Shown here piece after piece: positions 1-8,500 of a DNA stretch of 32,000 nucleotides. The position numbers and the translations under genes were made by a program. The stretch's first letter is position 1. Each line of letters opens with the position of its first letter. The notes under the pieces were generated by a model. The model did no database searches. It had not been told where the DNA came from and worked only from the letters and a program-made list of their open reading frames with translations. The stretch comes from Methanocaldococcus jannaschii DSM 2661 (GTDB taxonomy: Archaea > AGJL01 > Methanococci > Methanococcales > Methanocaldococcaceae). The DNA is taken from contig NC_000909.1 of NCBI RefSeq assembly GCF_000091665.1, positions 1,342,117 to 1,374,116 on the forward strand, in the 5' to 3' direction.

Positions 1-1
1 A

Positions 2-1684
2 TCTTCAACAATAGAAAGTATAACTGGATATATTGTAATTAACAACACTGGGACTACAATAAATGATACTTTATACGATGTTTGGGTGGCAGTTAATATA
101 TCCAACAACATAACTGGACCAGAAGTTTATGTAAATGGAACTCCAAAAGGGGTTTTTATTGAGAGTTCAGCTCCTGCATATACAAACTTACCAAATGCAA
201 ACACATACATACACATCCCAATACTACCAAATAACAGCTATGTTATAATTAAATTTGCTATAGATAAATCAATAACTGGAGTTCCATTGATAATCAACGA
301 AACATATAGTGATACTAAAATTCCATCAGAAAGATTATCAAATTGGAGTGTCTATTTAAACATAAGCAGAAATGTTTCAGCACTACCGGCAACAGATACA
401 CCAGTTTCTGTTATTATGACAAAATATCTAAGTAACGACCCAAATAATTATGGAAGTGACACTTGGAATTTCTTAAATATAACAGGTGCTATAGCCAACG
501 AAGGTTCAATAACACTCTGGGATGGTCCTTACTTCTTACCAGGATACAACGATTCATTAACCTGGACAGGAGTCGTAATAAATACTACTAAAAATGCAAC
601 CATTACAATCAACATAACAGGAAACAACACTTACACAAATAGAACAGGAACCTTAATGAAATATGGTTTTGCTGTTATCTTCTTTGAATTCAATGGAACT
701 AAATCAGGAACAAAAATTGAAGGGATTTATGCAACAGGATATGGTGGAGTAAGTGCAACCAAGGAAGGACCATTCTTAAATGCATCAAGCGGTAAGTATG
801 AAATATGGTACGAAAGTGCTAATGTATCAAACAAGGCATCAAGTTACTACTTTAACTTAACTCATGTGACAATATGGGCTGTAAATGGTAGTAATCCAGT
901 AATATTAGACCCATTTAATATAACATTATTAATCCCTAATTCAAAACAGACGTCCTCACCTAATGAAATATTATCTCCAGGAAGCGTTTGGAGTTCAACT
1001 AAATATGCCTTCACATTTGATGGAATTCCAGTTGTCTGGGCAAACTGTACATTTAAGGTAGCAGACGAGAACATAACATTAATAAATAGAAGTATTAATG
1101 AATACTCAACAAAGTACGGAAGTTCCTATGTTGTTGTTGAGGAGATTTATGTTGTGGGTAGTTATTTGATTAAGGTGACTAAGCATATTGTTCCGGATGC
1201 GGATGGGACTTATGATATTTATATAGTTGTGGAGAATATTGGTAGTGTGAAGACTCCTGAGTATGTGTATGTTTATGATTTGATTCCTAAGAACTTCACC
1301 GTCTCAGATGAGTGGGTTAATCAATCAAGTATGTTGATTGCTGAAGGAAATCACACCATTACAACAAATCCAAGGTATAATTTAAGCATGTGGTGGGCGT
1401 TACATGCAATATATCCAGGAGCAGATGGGGACGGTAACTGGAACGACACTGCTGAAATACTTGCAAATAAAACAGTAGTCATACACTACAAACTAAACGG
1501 AACTGGCGAATTCTACCCAAGCGACGCATTTATCGTTGGTATCGACCCTACAAACTCACTACTACCAACAACCTCACCAAAAATAACAACAGTAGCCGGA
1601 ACAGTAGAAAACAACTCAGAACCATTCCTTGCATTATTGACCCTACTTGTAGGGTTGGGAATCATAATAAGAAGGGTAATGTAA
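2..1684 (+). CDS. Surface glycoprotein paralog; its 5' end lies upstream of the window. C-terminal beta-sandwich module, Thr/Pro linker and a single TM anchor.
   Basis: The frame of ORF 86..1684 stays open back to nt 2 (SSTIESITGYIVINNTGTTINDTLYDVWVAVNI). That extension aligns with ...GLTGHIIIENTAPYKEDTLNDVWVAVDI of the next protein, so the listed Met is internal. About 30 N-x-S/T sequons by eye. It ends in the hydrophobic helix LALLTLLVGLGIII followed by RR. Confidence 0.8.
   Translation, partial: SSTIESITGYIVINNTGTTINDTLYDVWVAVNISNNITGPEVYVNGTPKGVFIESSAPAYTNLPNANTYIHIPILPNNSYVIIKFAIDKSITGVPLIINETYSDTKIPSERLSNWSVYLNISRNVSALPATDTPVSVIMTKYLSNDPNNYGSDTWNFLNITGAIANEGSITLWDGPYFLPGYNDSLTWTGVVINTTKNATITINITGNNTYTNRTGTLMKYGFAVIFFEFNGTKSGTKIEGIYATGYGGVSATKEGPFLNASSGKYEIWYESANVSNKASSYYFNLTHVTIWAVNGSNPVILDPFNITLLIPNSKQTSSPNEILSPGSVWSSTKYAFTFDGIPVVWANCTFKVADENITLINRSINEYSTKYGSSYVVVEEIYVVGSYLIKVTKHIVPDADGTYDIYIVVENIGSVKTPEYVYVYDLIPKNFTVSDEWVNQSSMLIAEGNHTITTNPRYNLSMWWALHAIYPGADGDGNWNDTAEILANKTVVIHYKLNGTGEFYPSDAFIVGIDPTNSLLPTTSPKITTVAGTVENNSEPFLALLTLLVGLGIIIRRVM
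134..243 (+). repeat. 110-bp block, 108/110 identical to 2626-2735
   Basis: AATGGAACTCCAAAAGGGGTTTTTATTGAGAGTTC[A/T]GCTCCTGC[A/T]TATACAAACTTACCAAATGCAAACACATACATACACATCCCAATACTACCAAATAACAGCTATGT encodes NGTPKGVFIESSAPAYTNLPNANTYIHIPILPNNSYV in both genes. Confidence 0.9.
1118..1616 (+). repeat. 499-bp block identical to 4156-4654 (C-terminal module of the two paralogous surface proteins)
   Basis: Checked line by line at an offset of 3038 nt with no mismatch seen. Identity starts at GGAAGTTCC and ends at ...GAAAACAACT, after which the two tails diverge completely. Confidence 0.9.
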
Positions 1685-1690
1685 AACTAA

Positions 1691-1717
1691 TTTTCTTTAT
1701 TTTTTATAATTCTTTTT
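1691..1717 (+). terminator. Oligo-T terminator candidate after the first surface-protein gene
   Basis: TTTTCTTTATTTTTTATAATTCTTTTT starts 7 nt after the stop. Confidence 0.4.
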
Positions 1718-1782
1718 CTAAATTCAAATATGATTTTTGACATTAAGTTAATTTTATCGATATTATATGGGTGATGTGGGGC

Positions 1783-4734
1783 ATGCCAAATATAAAATTA
1801 AAATTCATATATTTATGTATTTTACTGTTCGTATTTATGGCATCAATGTTAAACAGTGTTTCTGGATTAAAAACAATATTCTACGATGATTTTGAAAATT
1901 GGAGTGGGTGGTATAACTACAGTAGTGGGGCTGTAGAGCAATCTTCTAATTATGCACATTCAGGAATATATTCCCTTAGAAAGTTTCTAAATGATGACCC
2001 AAATGGTGGATACAAACTAATTGGGAAGGAAATTGGAAGGGATATTGTAATGGAAGGTTGGATTTATAGACCTTTGCCATATGTTAGCGGAAGATGGGAT
2101 AGAATAGGTATTGAGGACGAGAATTTCAACGGATACTCTATAAGAATAGAGCACGACTATAACAAAATTGCAATAGAAACTCGAGAAAATGGTATTGCTG
2201 TAAATACTTTAGTAATAACTAACTGGAATCCTCCAGAAAATCAGTGGTATTATTTTAAGTTTTATATCTACTCAAATGGAACTTTAAGATTAGAAGTTTA
2301 TTATGAGAATGGTTCATTAGGAGCTACTGTCTCAGCAATAGATAACATCTATACTAAGTTCGATAGAGTTGTTGTGCATGGAGGACAAGATTACTATGTT
2401 GATGATTTGAGGATTTCAGATTTATATCCTCCACTAAGGGTAAGATATATTGAAGAGTACAACGCAACTGCTACTGTGGATGGAACAGGAAAAACAAACT
2501 ATTCCTATGGTTTAACGGGACATATCATTATTGAAAATACTGCCCCTTATAAAGAAGATACTTTAAACGATGTGTGGGTAGCAGTGGATATAAAAAATAA
2601 TGCAAGTGGTTTGAGATTAGTTTATAATGGAACTCCAAAAGGGGTTTTTATTGAGAGTTCTGCTCCTGCTTATACAAACTTACCAAATGCAAACACATAC
2701 ATACACATCCCAATACTACCAAATAACAGCTATGTGGAATATGAGTTTGATATCGATGCATCTCAAACCCTACCAATATTAGTAAATGAAACTTACGATG
2801 TTACAAAAATACCAGCAAATAAAATGTCAGAATGGACTGTAAATTTAATTGTATATTTAAACAAAAATCTCGTTCCTAATGGAGAAAATGTCAATGTTAA
2901 TGTTATAAAATATCTAAGTAATGGGCAGTTTTATGATAACTTTGAAAATTGGACTGGTTGGAATCAGTATAAGAACGGGATAGTTCAATGGTCATCTATT
3001 CAATCTCATTCTGGAAATTACTCTTTAGAAAAATATGGGATTTCAACAAGTTTAAACAACGATCCAAATGGAGGGTACAAATTACTTCCAAAAGAAATTG
3101 GAAGGGATGTAGTTATAAGTGGATGGGTATATAGACCGAGCAACTGGGGAGGAGGCCCTATAGACAGGATTGGTTTGGAGGATGAGAATTTTGATGGATA
3201 TTCATTTGAGGTAAATCACTACAGTAATTACATATCAATTGATAGAAGAACTAATGGAAATCCTACAGAAATTAGTCCTGAAGTTTATTGGAATCCTCCA
3301 GAGGATGAATGGTATTACTTCGAACTAAAAATTTATTCAAATGGAACAATAACATTCTCAACTTATTATCAAAATGGTTCCTTAGCCGCAACTGTCTCAA
3401 CAATAGACAATACCTATACAAAGTTTGATAGGGTTGTTATTCATGGAGGTTATGTTTATTATGTTGATGATTTGGAAGTGAATTCAAAAAACTTCGACTT
3501 TTATGGAGATAAAAACTGGAAGTATCTTGAAATAACATCTGCAAATTCAAGTGAAGGAACAGCAGTTTTATTTGATGGGGACTATTTCAAAAAAGATTAC
3601 AATACCTCAAATCTAAATGCAATAAATTGGACAAATATTACCTTAAATTGGAGTAATGATAGTGCAACTTTGGTATTTAATGTATTGGGAAATTATTCAT
3701 ATAGTGAAAGGGATAATATTTTAGCAAAGTATGGATTTGCTAAAATACTATTTAATTACAATGGGACCAATACAAACACATCTATAAAAGGTGTTTATGC
3801 ATCTGGAAGTTATAGTATTTCAACAGATCATGGAACTACGGGAGAAATAAACATTTGGATAGAAAATGTAACATTTAAAAATGATGCAAAATCATATTCC
3901 TTTAATTTAACGAATCTTAATATATGGGCAGTAAATAAATCTGCTTATGAGTTGTATTGGAATCCATTTAACAAATCTATCTGGATAGATGGGAGTAATT
4001 ACACTATAACTCCAAATATTGACATACCTCCAGGAGAAGTATGGAACTCTAAAACCTACAACTTCACATTTAGTGGAGTTCCAATCGTTTGGGCAAACTG
4101 CTCATTTACACTGTCAAAAAAAGATTATATCCTTTTAAATGAAGTAAGTCAAATAGGAAGTTCCTATGTTGTTGTTGAGGAGATTTATGTTGTGGGTAGT
4201 TATTTGATTAAGGTGACTAAGCATATTGTTCCGGATGCGGATGGGACTTATGATATTTATATAGTTGTGGAGAATATTGGTAGTGTGAAGACTCCTGAGT
4301 ATGTGTATGTTTATGATTTGATTCCTAAGAACTTCACCGTCTCAGATGAGTGGGTTAATCAATCAAGTATGTTGATTGCTGAAGGAAATCACACCATTAC
4401 AACAAATCCAAGGTATAATTTAAGCATGTGGTGGGCGTTACATGCAATATATCCAGGAGCAGATGGGGACGGTAACTGGAACGACACTGCTGAAATACTT
4501 GCAAATAAAACAGTAGTCATACACTACAAACTAAACGGAACTGGCGAATTCTACCCAAGCGACGCATTTATCGTTGGTATCGACCCTACAAACTCACTAC
4601 TACCAACAACCTCACCAAAAATAACAACAGTAGCCGGAACAGTAGAAAACAACTTTGAGATATTTTTAATACTGATAAACGTTATCTTTGGATTAGGTAT
4701 ATTAACAAAGAGGAATATAAGGAATAATAAATAA
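1783..4734 (+). CDS. Large secreted, TM-anchored surface glycoprotein with two ConA/LamG-like jelly-roll domains and the same C-terminal module as the upstream paralog
   Basis: ORF 1771..4734. GGGTGAT at 1769-1775 favours ATG 1783 (MPNIKLKFIYLCILLFVFMASMLNSVSG, a signal peptide); GTG 1771 and ATG 1774 are alternatives. An internally duplicated ~185-aa domain is present. The C-terminal 166 aa are identical to the upstream gene. The tail is hydrophobic then basic (IFLILINVIFGLGIL-KRNIRNNK). Confidence 0.85.
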   Translation: MPNIKLKFIYLCILLFVFMASMLNSVSGLKTIFYDDFENWSGWYNYSSGAVEQSSNYAHSGIYSLRKFLNDDPNGGYKLIGKEIGRDIVMEGWIYRPLPYVSGRWDRIGIEDENFNGYSIRIEHDYNKIAIETRENGIAVNTLVITNWNPPENQWYYFKFYIYSNGTLRLEVYYENGSLGATVSAIDNIYTKFDRVVVHGGQDYYVDDLRISDLYPPLRVRYIEEYNATATVDGTGKTNYSYGLTGHIIIENTAPYKEDTLNDVWVAVDIKNNASGLRLVYNGTPKGVFIESSAPAYTNLPNANTYIHIPILPNNSYVEYEFDIDASQTLPILVNETYDVTKIPANKMSEWTVNLIVYLNKNLVPNGENVNVNVIKYLSNGQFYDNFENWTGWNQYKNGIVQWSSIQSHSGNYSLEKYGISTSLNNDPNGGYKLLPKEIGRDVVISGWVYRPSNWGGGPIDRIGLEDENFDGYSFEVNHYSNYISIDRRTNGNPTEISPEVYWNPPEDEWYYFELKIYSNGTITFSTYYQNGSLAATVSTIDNTYTKFDRVVIHGGYVYYVDDLEVNSKNFDFYGDKNWKYLEITSANSSEGTAVLFDGDYFKKDYNTSNLNAINWTNITLNWSNDSATLVFNVLGNYSYSERDNILAKYGFAKILFNYNGTNTNTSIKGVYASGSYSISTDHGTTGEINIWIENVTFKNDAKSYSFNLTNLNIWAVNKSAYELYWNPFNKSIWIDGSNYTITPNIDIPPGEVWNSKTYNFTFSGVPIVWANCSFTLSKKDYILLNEVSQIGSSYVVVEEIYVVGSYLIKVTKHIVPDADGTYDIYIVVENIGSVKTPEYVYVYDLIPKNFTVSDEWVNQSSMLIAEGNHTITTNPRYNLSMWWALHAIYPGADGDGNWNDTAEILANKTVVIHYKLNGTGEFYPSDAFIVGIDPTNSLLPTTSPKITTVAGTVENNFEIFLILINVIFGLGILTKRNIRNNK
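4156..4654 (+). repeat. Second copy of the 499-bp identical block
   Basis: See 1118-1616. Confidence 0.9.
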
Positions 4735-4743
4735 AGTTGGGGG

Positions 4744-5453
4744 ATGATGATGAAGAGATTTGCATTACTCTTTATTTTCCTTGCATTTATAACACCAACT
4801 TTTGCAGATGTTGAGGAAATAACAAACTATAATATGACCGTTGATTTAACAAAAAATCCTGCACATATAACAAATGTTATAACTATTCAAAATCTTGTTA
4901 AGTATCCTCTTGTTCCAGGAATTGGGGAGTTAAGATTACAAAAAGAAGAGTCAAAGAAAATACTGATTATTCCAATACCATTTACAAAAGAAAAAAACCT
5001 GTAAAGATTGAGAATTTAAGGGGTTATTATATAATTGGGGATAAAAAATATCCAATGGATGTAAATGTCTCTTATAAAGATACCTATTCAGTTATAACAT
5101 ATCAAGTATGGGAGCCAATAGATGGTGGAAAAAATATAACTCTAATAATTGAATATGATGCTGATATTGTTGATAATGGAATATTGTTTAAAACTGTCTC
5201 AATTCCTATTGGAGGGGATTTGAATATAAAAAACTTCCATATAAACTTTGTCTCTCCTTATTATCTAACCTACCAAGAACCAGATGGAAATAATTTCCAA
5301 ATCCCTAAAAAAACTTTGCTTATTATAAATGCTGAGTTTTCAATATTGCCATTACCGAAACTTCCAGTTCATGGATATGTGGTGTTTTGGTTAAGCATAT
5401 TGTGTATATTAATAATAATATTTGTCTATACTGAGTTGAGAAGAAAAAAATAA
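4744..5453 (+). pseudogene. Small signal-peptide plus C-terminal-TM surface protein, split into ORFs 4744..5004 and 5055..5453 by a frameshift at an A7 tract
   Basis: The first ORF carries the signal peptide (MMMKRFALLFIFLAFITPTFA). The second carries the TM anchor (VVFWLSILCILIIIFVYT-ELRRKK). The frame of the second ORF is open upstream through 4980-5054. One extra A in the A7 run at 4991-4997 would join them: ...FTKEKKPVKIENLRGYYIIGDKKYPMDVNV... Confidence 0.55.
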
Positions 5454-5510
5454 AGAAAATAAGGAAGATAAGAAGAATAAAAACTAATAATCTCAATAAT
5501 TGTCTAATAT

Positions 5511-5533
5511 TTGTTCTATAAATTTTATATACT
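5511..5533 (+). promoter_or_regulatory. Promoter-region motif shared with 14283-14305 (TTGTTCTATAAATyTTAwATACT), including a TATA-like core
   Basis: TTGTTCTATAAATTTTATATACT lies upstream of the giant gene and TTGTTCTATAAATCTTAAATACT upstream of the next gene; 21/23 positions are identical. Each lies about 30-55 nt before its start codon. Confidence 0.5.
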
Positions 5534-5585
5534 ACCTATACATTACTTTACTTTTGAACAGTGTTAAAAATTTCAATGGGATAAT

Positions 5586-8500
5586 ATGAAATCCTATTTA
5601 AAGAATATTTCAATATTTGTATTCACTATTTTATTGCTTTCAAACGTGAGTTTAGGTTTAAATGTATCAACAACAAACAACAACAGTAATTTTGAATTAA
5701 ATAATTCATTGATATATAAGTTAAACAATTCCTTAACAAACACCACTAATAATAGTGGTAGCATAATAATCAATAATACAACAGATACAAACAAAGAAAA
5801 AAATGAGTGTTATTTAAACATTACTATTAATGGTTATAGAGTTATAGTAAAAACTAATGGAGAAGTTTTTGGATTTGCAAATAAAACGCCCTTAAAGTTT
5901 ATCAAAATAGGTGATAACGAATATATAATCTCTCCAATAGTTTTAAATGTTCCAATAGAAATTTACTCAAAATTCAATGATAAAATATTACATAGAACAG
6001 TTATTTTAAATTACACAAAACCAGAAAAAGAAAAAAAAGAAACAAACATAAAAAAAGAAGAATTACATTATCTAAATGTCTCATTCAACAATTTTAAGTT
6101 GATTGTTAAAACAAATGGGAAACCCTATGCTAAATATTTAGACCTCAATATAAAAGTTAAGACTAAAAAAATAAAAAAACATGAATACTTGGTATATCCT
6201 CTAATTCTAAATAAAACAATCATTATTTATGCAAAATTCAAAAATGAGACATTGAATAGAACAATATTTTTAAATTACTCTATCGAGGAAAATACGACAA
6301 CGAATAAAACCGTTATATTGAAAAACGTTTATTTCCCATCAGAAAAAATAGTTATAAAAACAAATTTTAAGCCACATACTGCATATATTGTAACCCCTAA
6401 CAATAAAATAATACATCTAAAAGTTCATAAAAAAGGGAAGTTTTATATCTTATCCACAAAACTAAAAAAGAATGTTATATTAGGAAATTACTCAGTAGTT
6501 GTTGATGGGATTAAAAAAACCTTTGCTGTAGATTATTACAAAATTAATGCAAAATTGATAGATAATAGATTTATCGTTGGAAACGTATCCTACTATGTTA
6601 AAGAACCGAAGTTTATAACTTGCATTGTAGATAAAAAAGAAATTAATATTTCACTAATAAATGGGGCCTTTGAAATTCCTTTAGATTATTTAATACCCAA
6701 GTTAAATATCTCAAAACCAGAAAAAATTAAAAAAATAATTTTAATTTGTGGAAATGCAAAAGAAAAGATAAAAGTTAAATTCAAAAATAAAGAAGAAATT
6801 AAAAAGCTAATTTCCTATGACCCAGTCAATAAGGAGATAATTATTAAACTTGAAGGTAGTGAAAAAGAGATTAAGAAGTTATTGAAAAGATACGAAAAAA
6901 GAAAAAAATACAAGATTTCAAAAATAGTAAAGATTTACAATTATAGTATTGTAGAAATCAAACTTAAAGCAGATAAAGAAATTCTAAAAGATTACAACTT
7001 ACCTGAAAATATTCTAAATACAACTGAGATAGTGAAAAAAATAAGCAGTAATAAAATTAGAGTTGAAGTTAATAATAAAGTAGATGGGGTTTGGTATAGA
7101 TTCAGCTGTAAGATTCCAAAAGGTTATAGGGTTAAAGAAATTGTTGGAGATGATGGAAGAGTAATAAGAAATAACATTTCAATAAATAGATTAACAGGAG
7201 AGGTTATTGGAGAAGTAAGATGGTATATTGAAAATAACACACTATACTTCTACGACGATCCTATTTATGGATATGATATATCTTTAATTCCTCCAGCTCC
7301 AAATCATTCAATAGCTGTTGAATTATCTTATAATGGGCAAGATTATGGTGGTTGTGGGCAGATTTCAGCAATTGTCTTTCCATATAATAAGGAGGATGAT
7401 GAAACTACCGTGGCTACTTATGACCATGCAGGGAGGACTGGAGATTACAATTATGCAAATAATATTGATGCTTACGCTGGTTCAAAAATAGCGATAAAAT
7501 ATACAAGTGGAGCATTAACAAGACAGTATGGGGTTTTAGGAACTGCAGGTAGTTTGGGATGGTGGACATATTATTACCTATCTGAAATAAATAGGACAGA
7601 TATTCCTTTAAATACCGTTCCAAATGGGATTTTAGAGAGTGTAATTATAACAGATATGTATGCTCCTTGGAATAATAATGAGCTAAATATTACTCAAAAG
7701 GTTATTATTAGAGGAAATAATAAATGGTTTGCTACCATATACTACATAAAAAATCCAACCACAAAAACATATACAAATTTAAAGTTTTTCCAAGGGATGG
7801 ATTGGAATTTTAGAGGAAGCTGGTGGGGAGATGATGCATACTATAATAGTATTGATGATGTTGTGTATGGCTACGATTCTAACGCACCTGTTGGGGATAT
7901 ACAATACGGAGGTTTTAAATCAAATATCCCAAGTTACGAACATGATGTTAATTTGTACTGGAGTACGTGGTCTGATATTAGATATGATAATTTAAATAAT
8001 GATTCATCATATGAGGGTGATGCAGGGACAGCATTAGCATGGACTAAAGATTCATTAAAACCTGGCGAAATTTGGGTAGTGCCAATAATTTGGGGGTTAG
8101 GTTATAACTATACAGACATGATGAACGAAATAAATATGGGTTTAAGCCAGTTATATGATACTGGAGTTAAAAGTATAGATTACCCAAACAATGGAGACAG
8201 CTTTAACCCAAATATTGGCCCAATAATATACATAAATTCAACAATTGCCTTATATGGATTGGTAGATGCATACAACTTGAATGTGTCAATTAATATAACA
8301 CAGATAAATGGAACTTATATTTATACAAACTCAACTTTAATAAACCTCTCAGTTCCTTATGAAGAAGAAAAACTCGTGAGCTTTCCAGTAAACATCTCAA
8401 ATATGCCTTATGGAGCCTACAATATAACAATAAAGACAAATCTTCCAAATGACCAGAATACATCAAACGATGAAAAAAGCATTATAATCTATATAACATC

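Noticed and set aside
862-1074. Antisense or alternate-frame ORFs inside larger genes: 862-1074(-), 5594-5794(-), 7414-7623(-), 8482-8826(-), 11296-11508(-), 15325-15549(-), 19094-19411(-), 21188-21397(+), 21264-21455(-), 21443-21667(+), 24331-24753(-), 25607-25951(-), 29645-29914(-), 30260-30556(-), 30734-31048(-)
   Set aside because: All lie fully within well-supported longer ORFs on the opposite strand or in another frame. They lack RBS motifs and have Leu/Ser/Phe/Ile-rich shadow-ORF composition typical of the antisense of A-rich coding strands.
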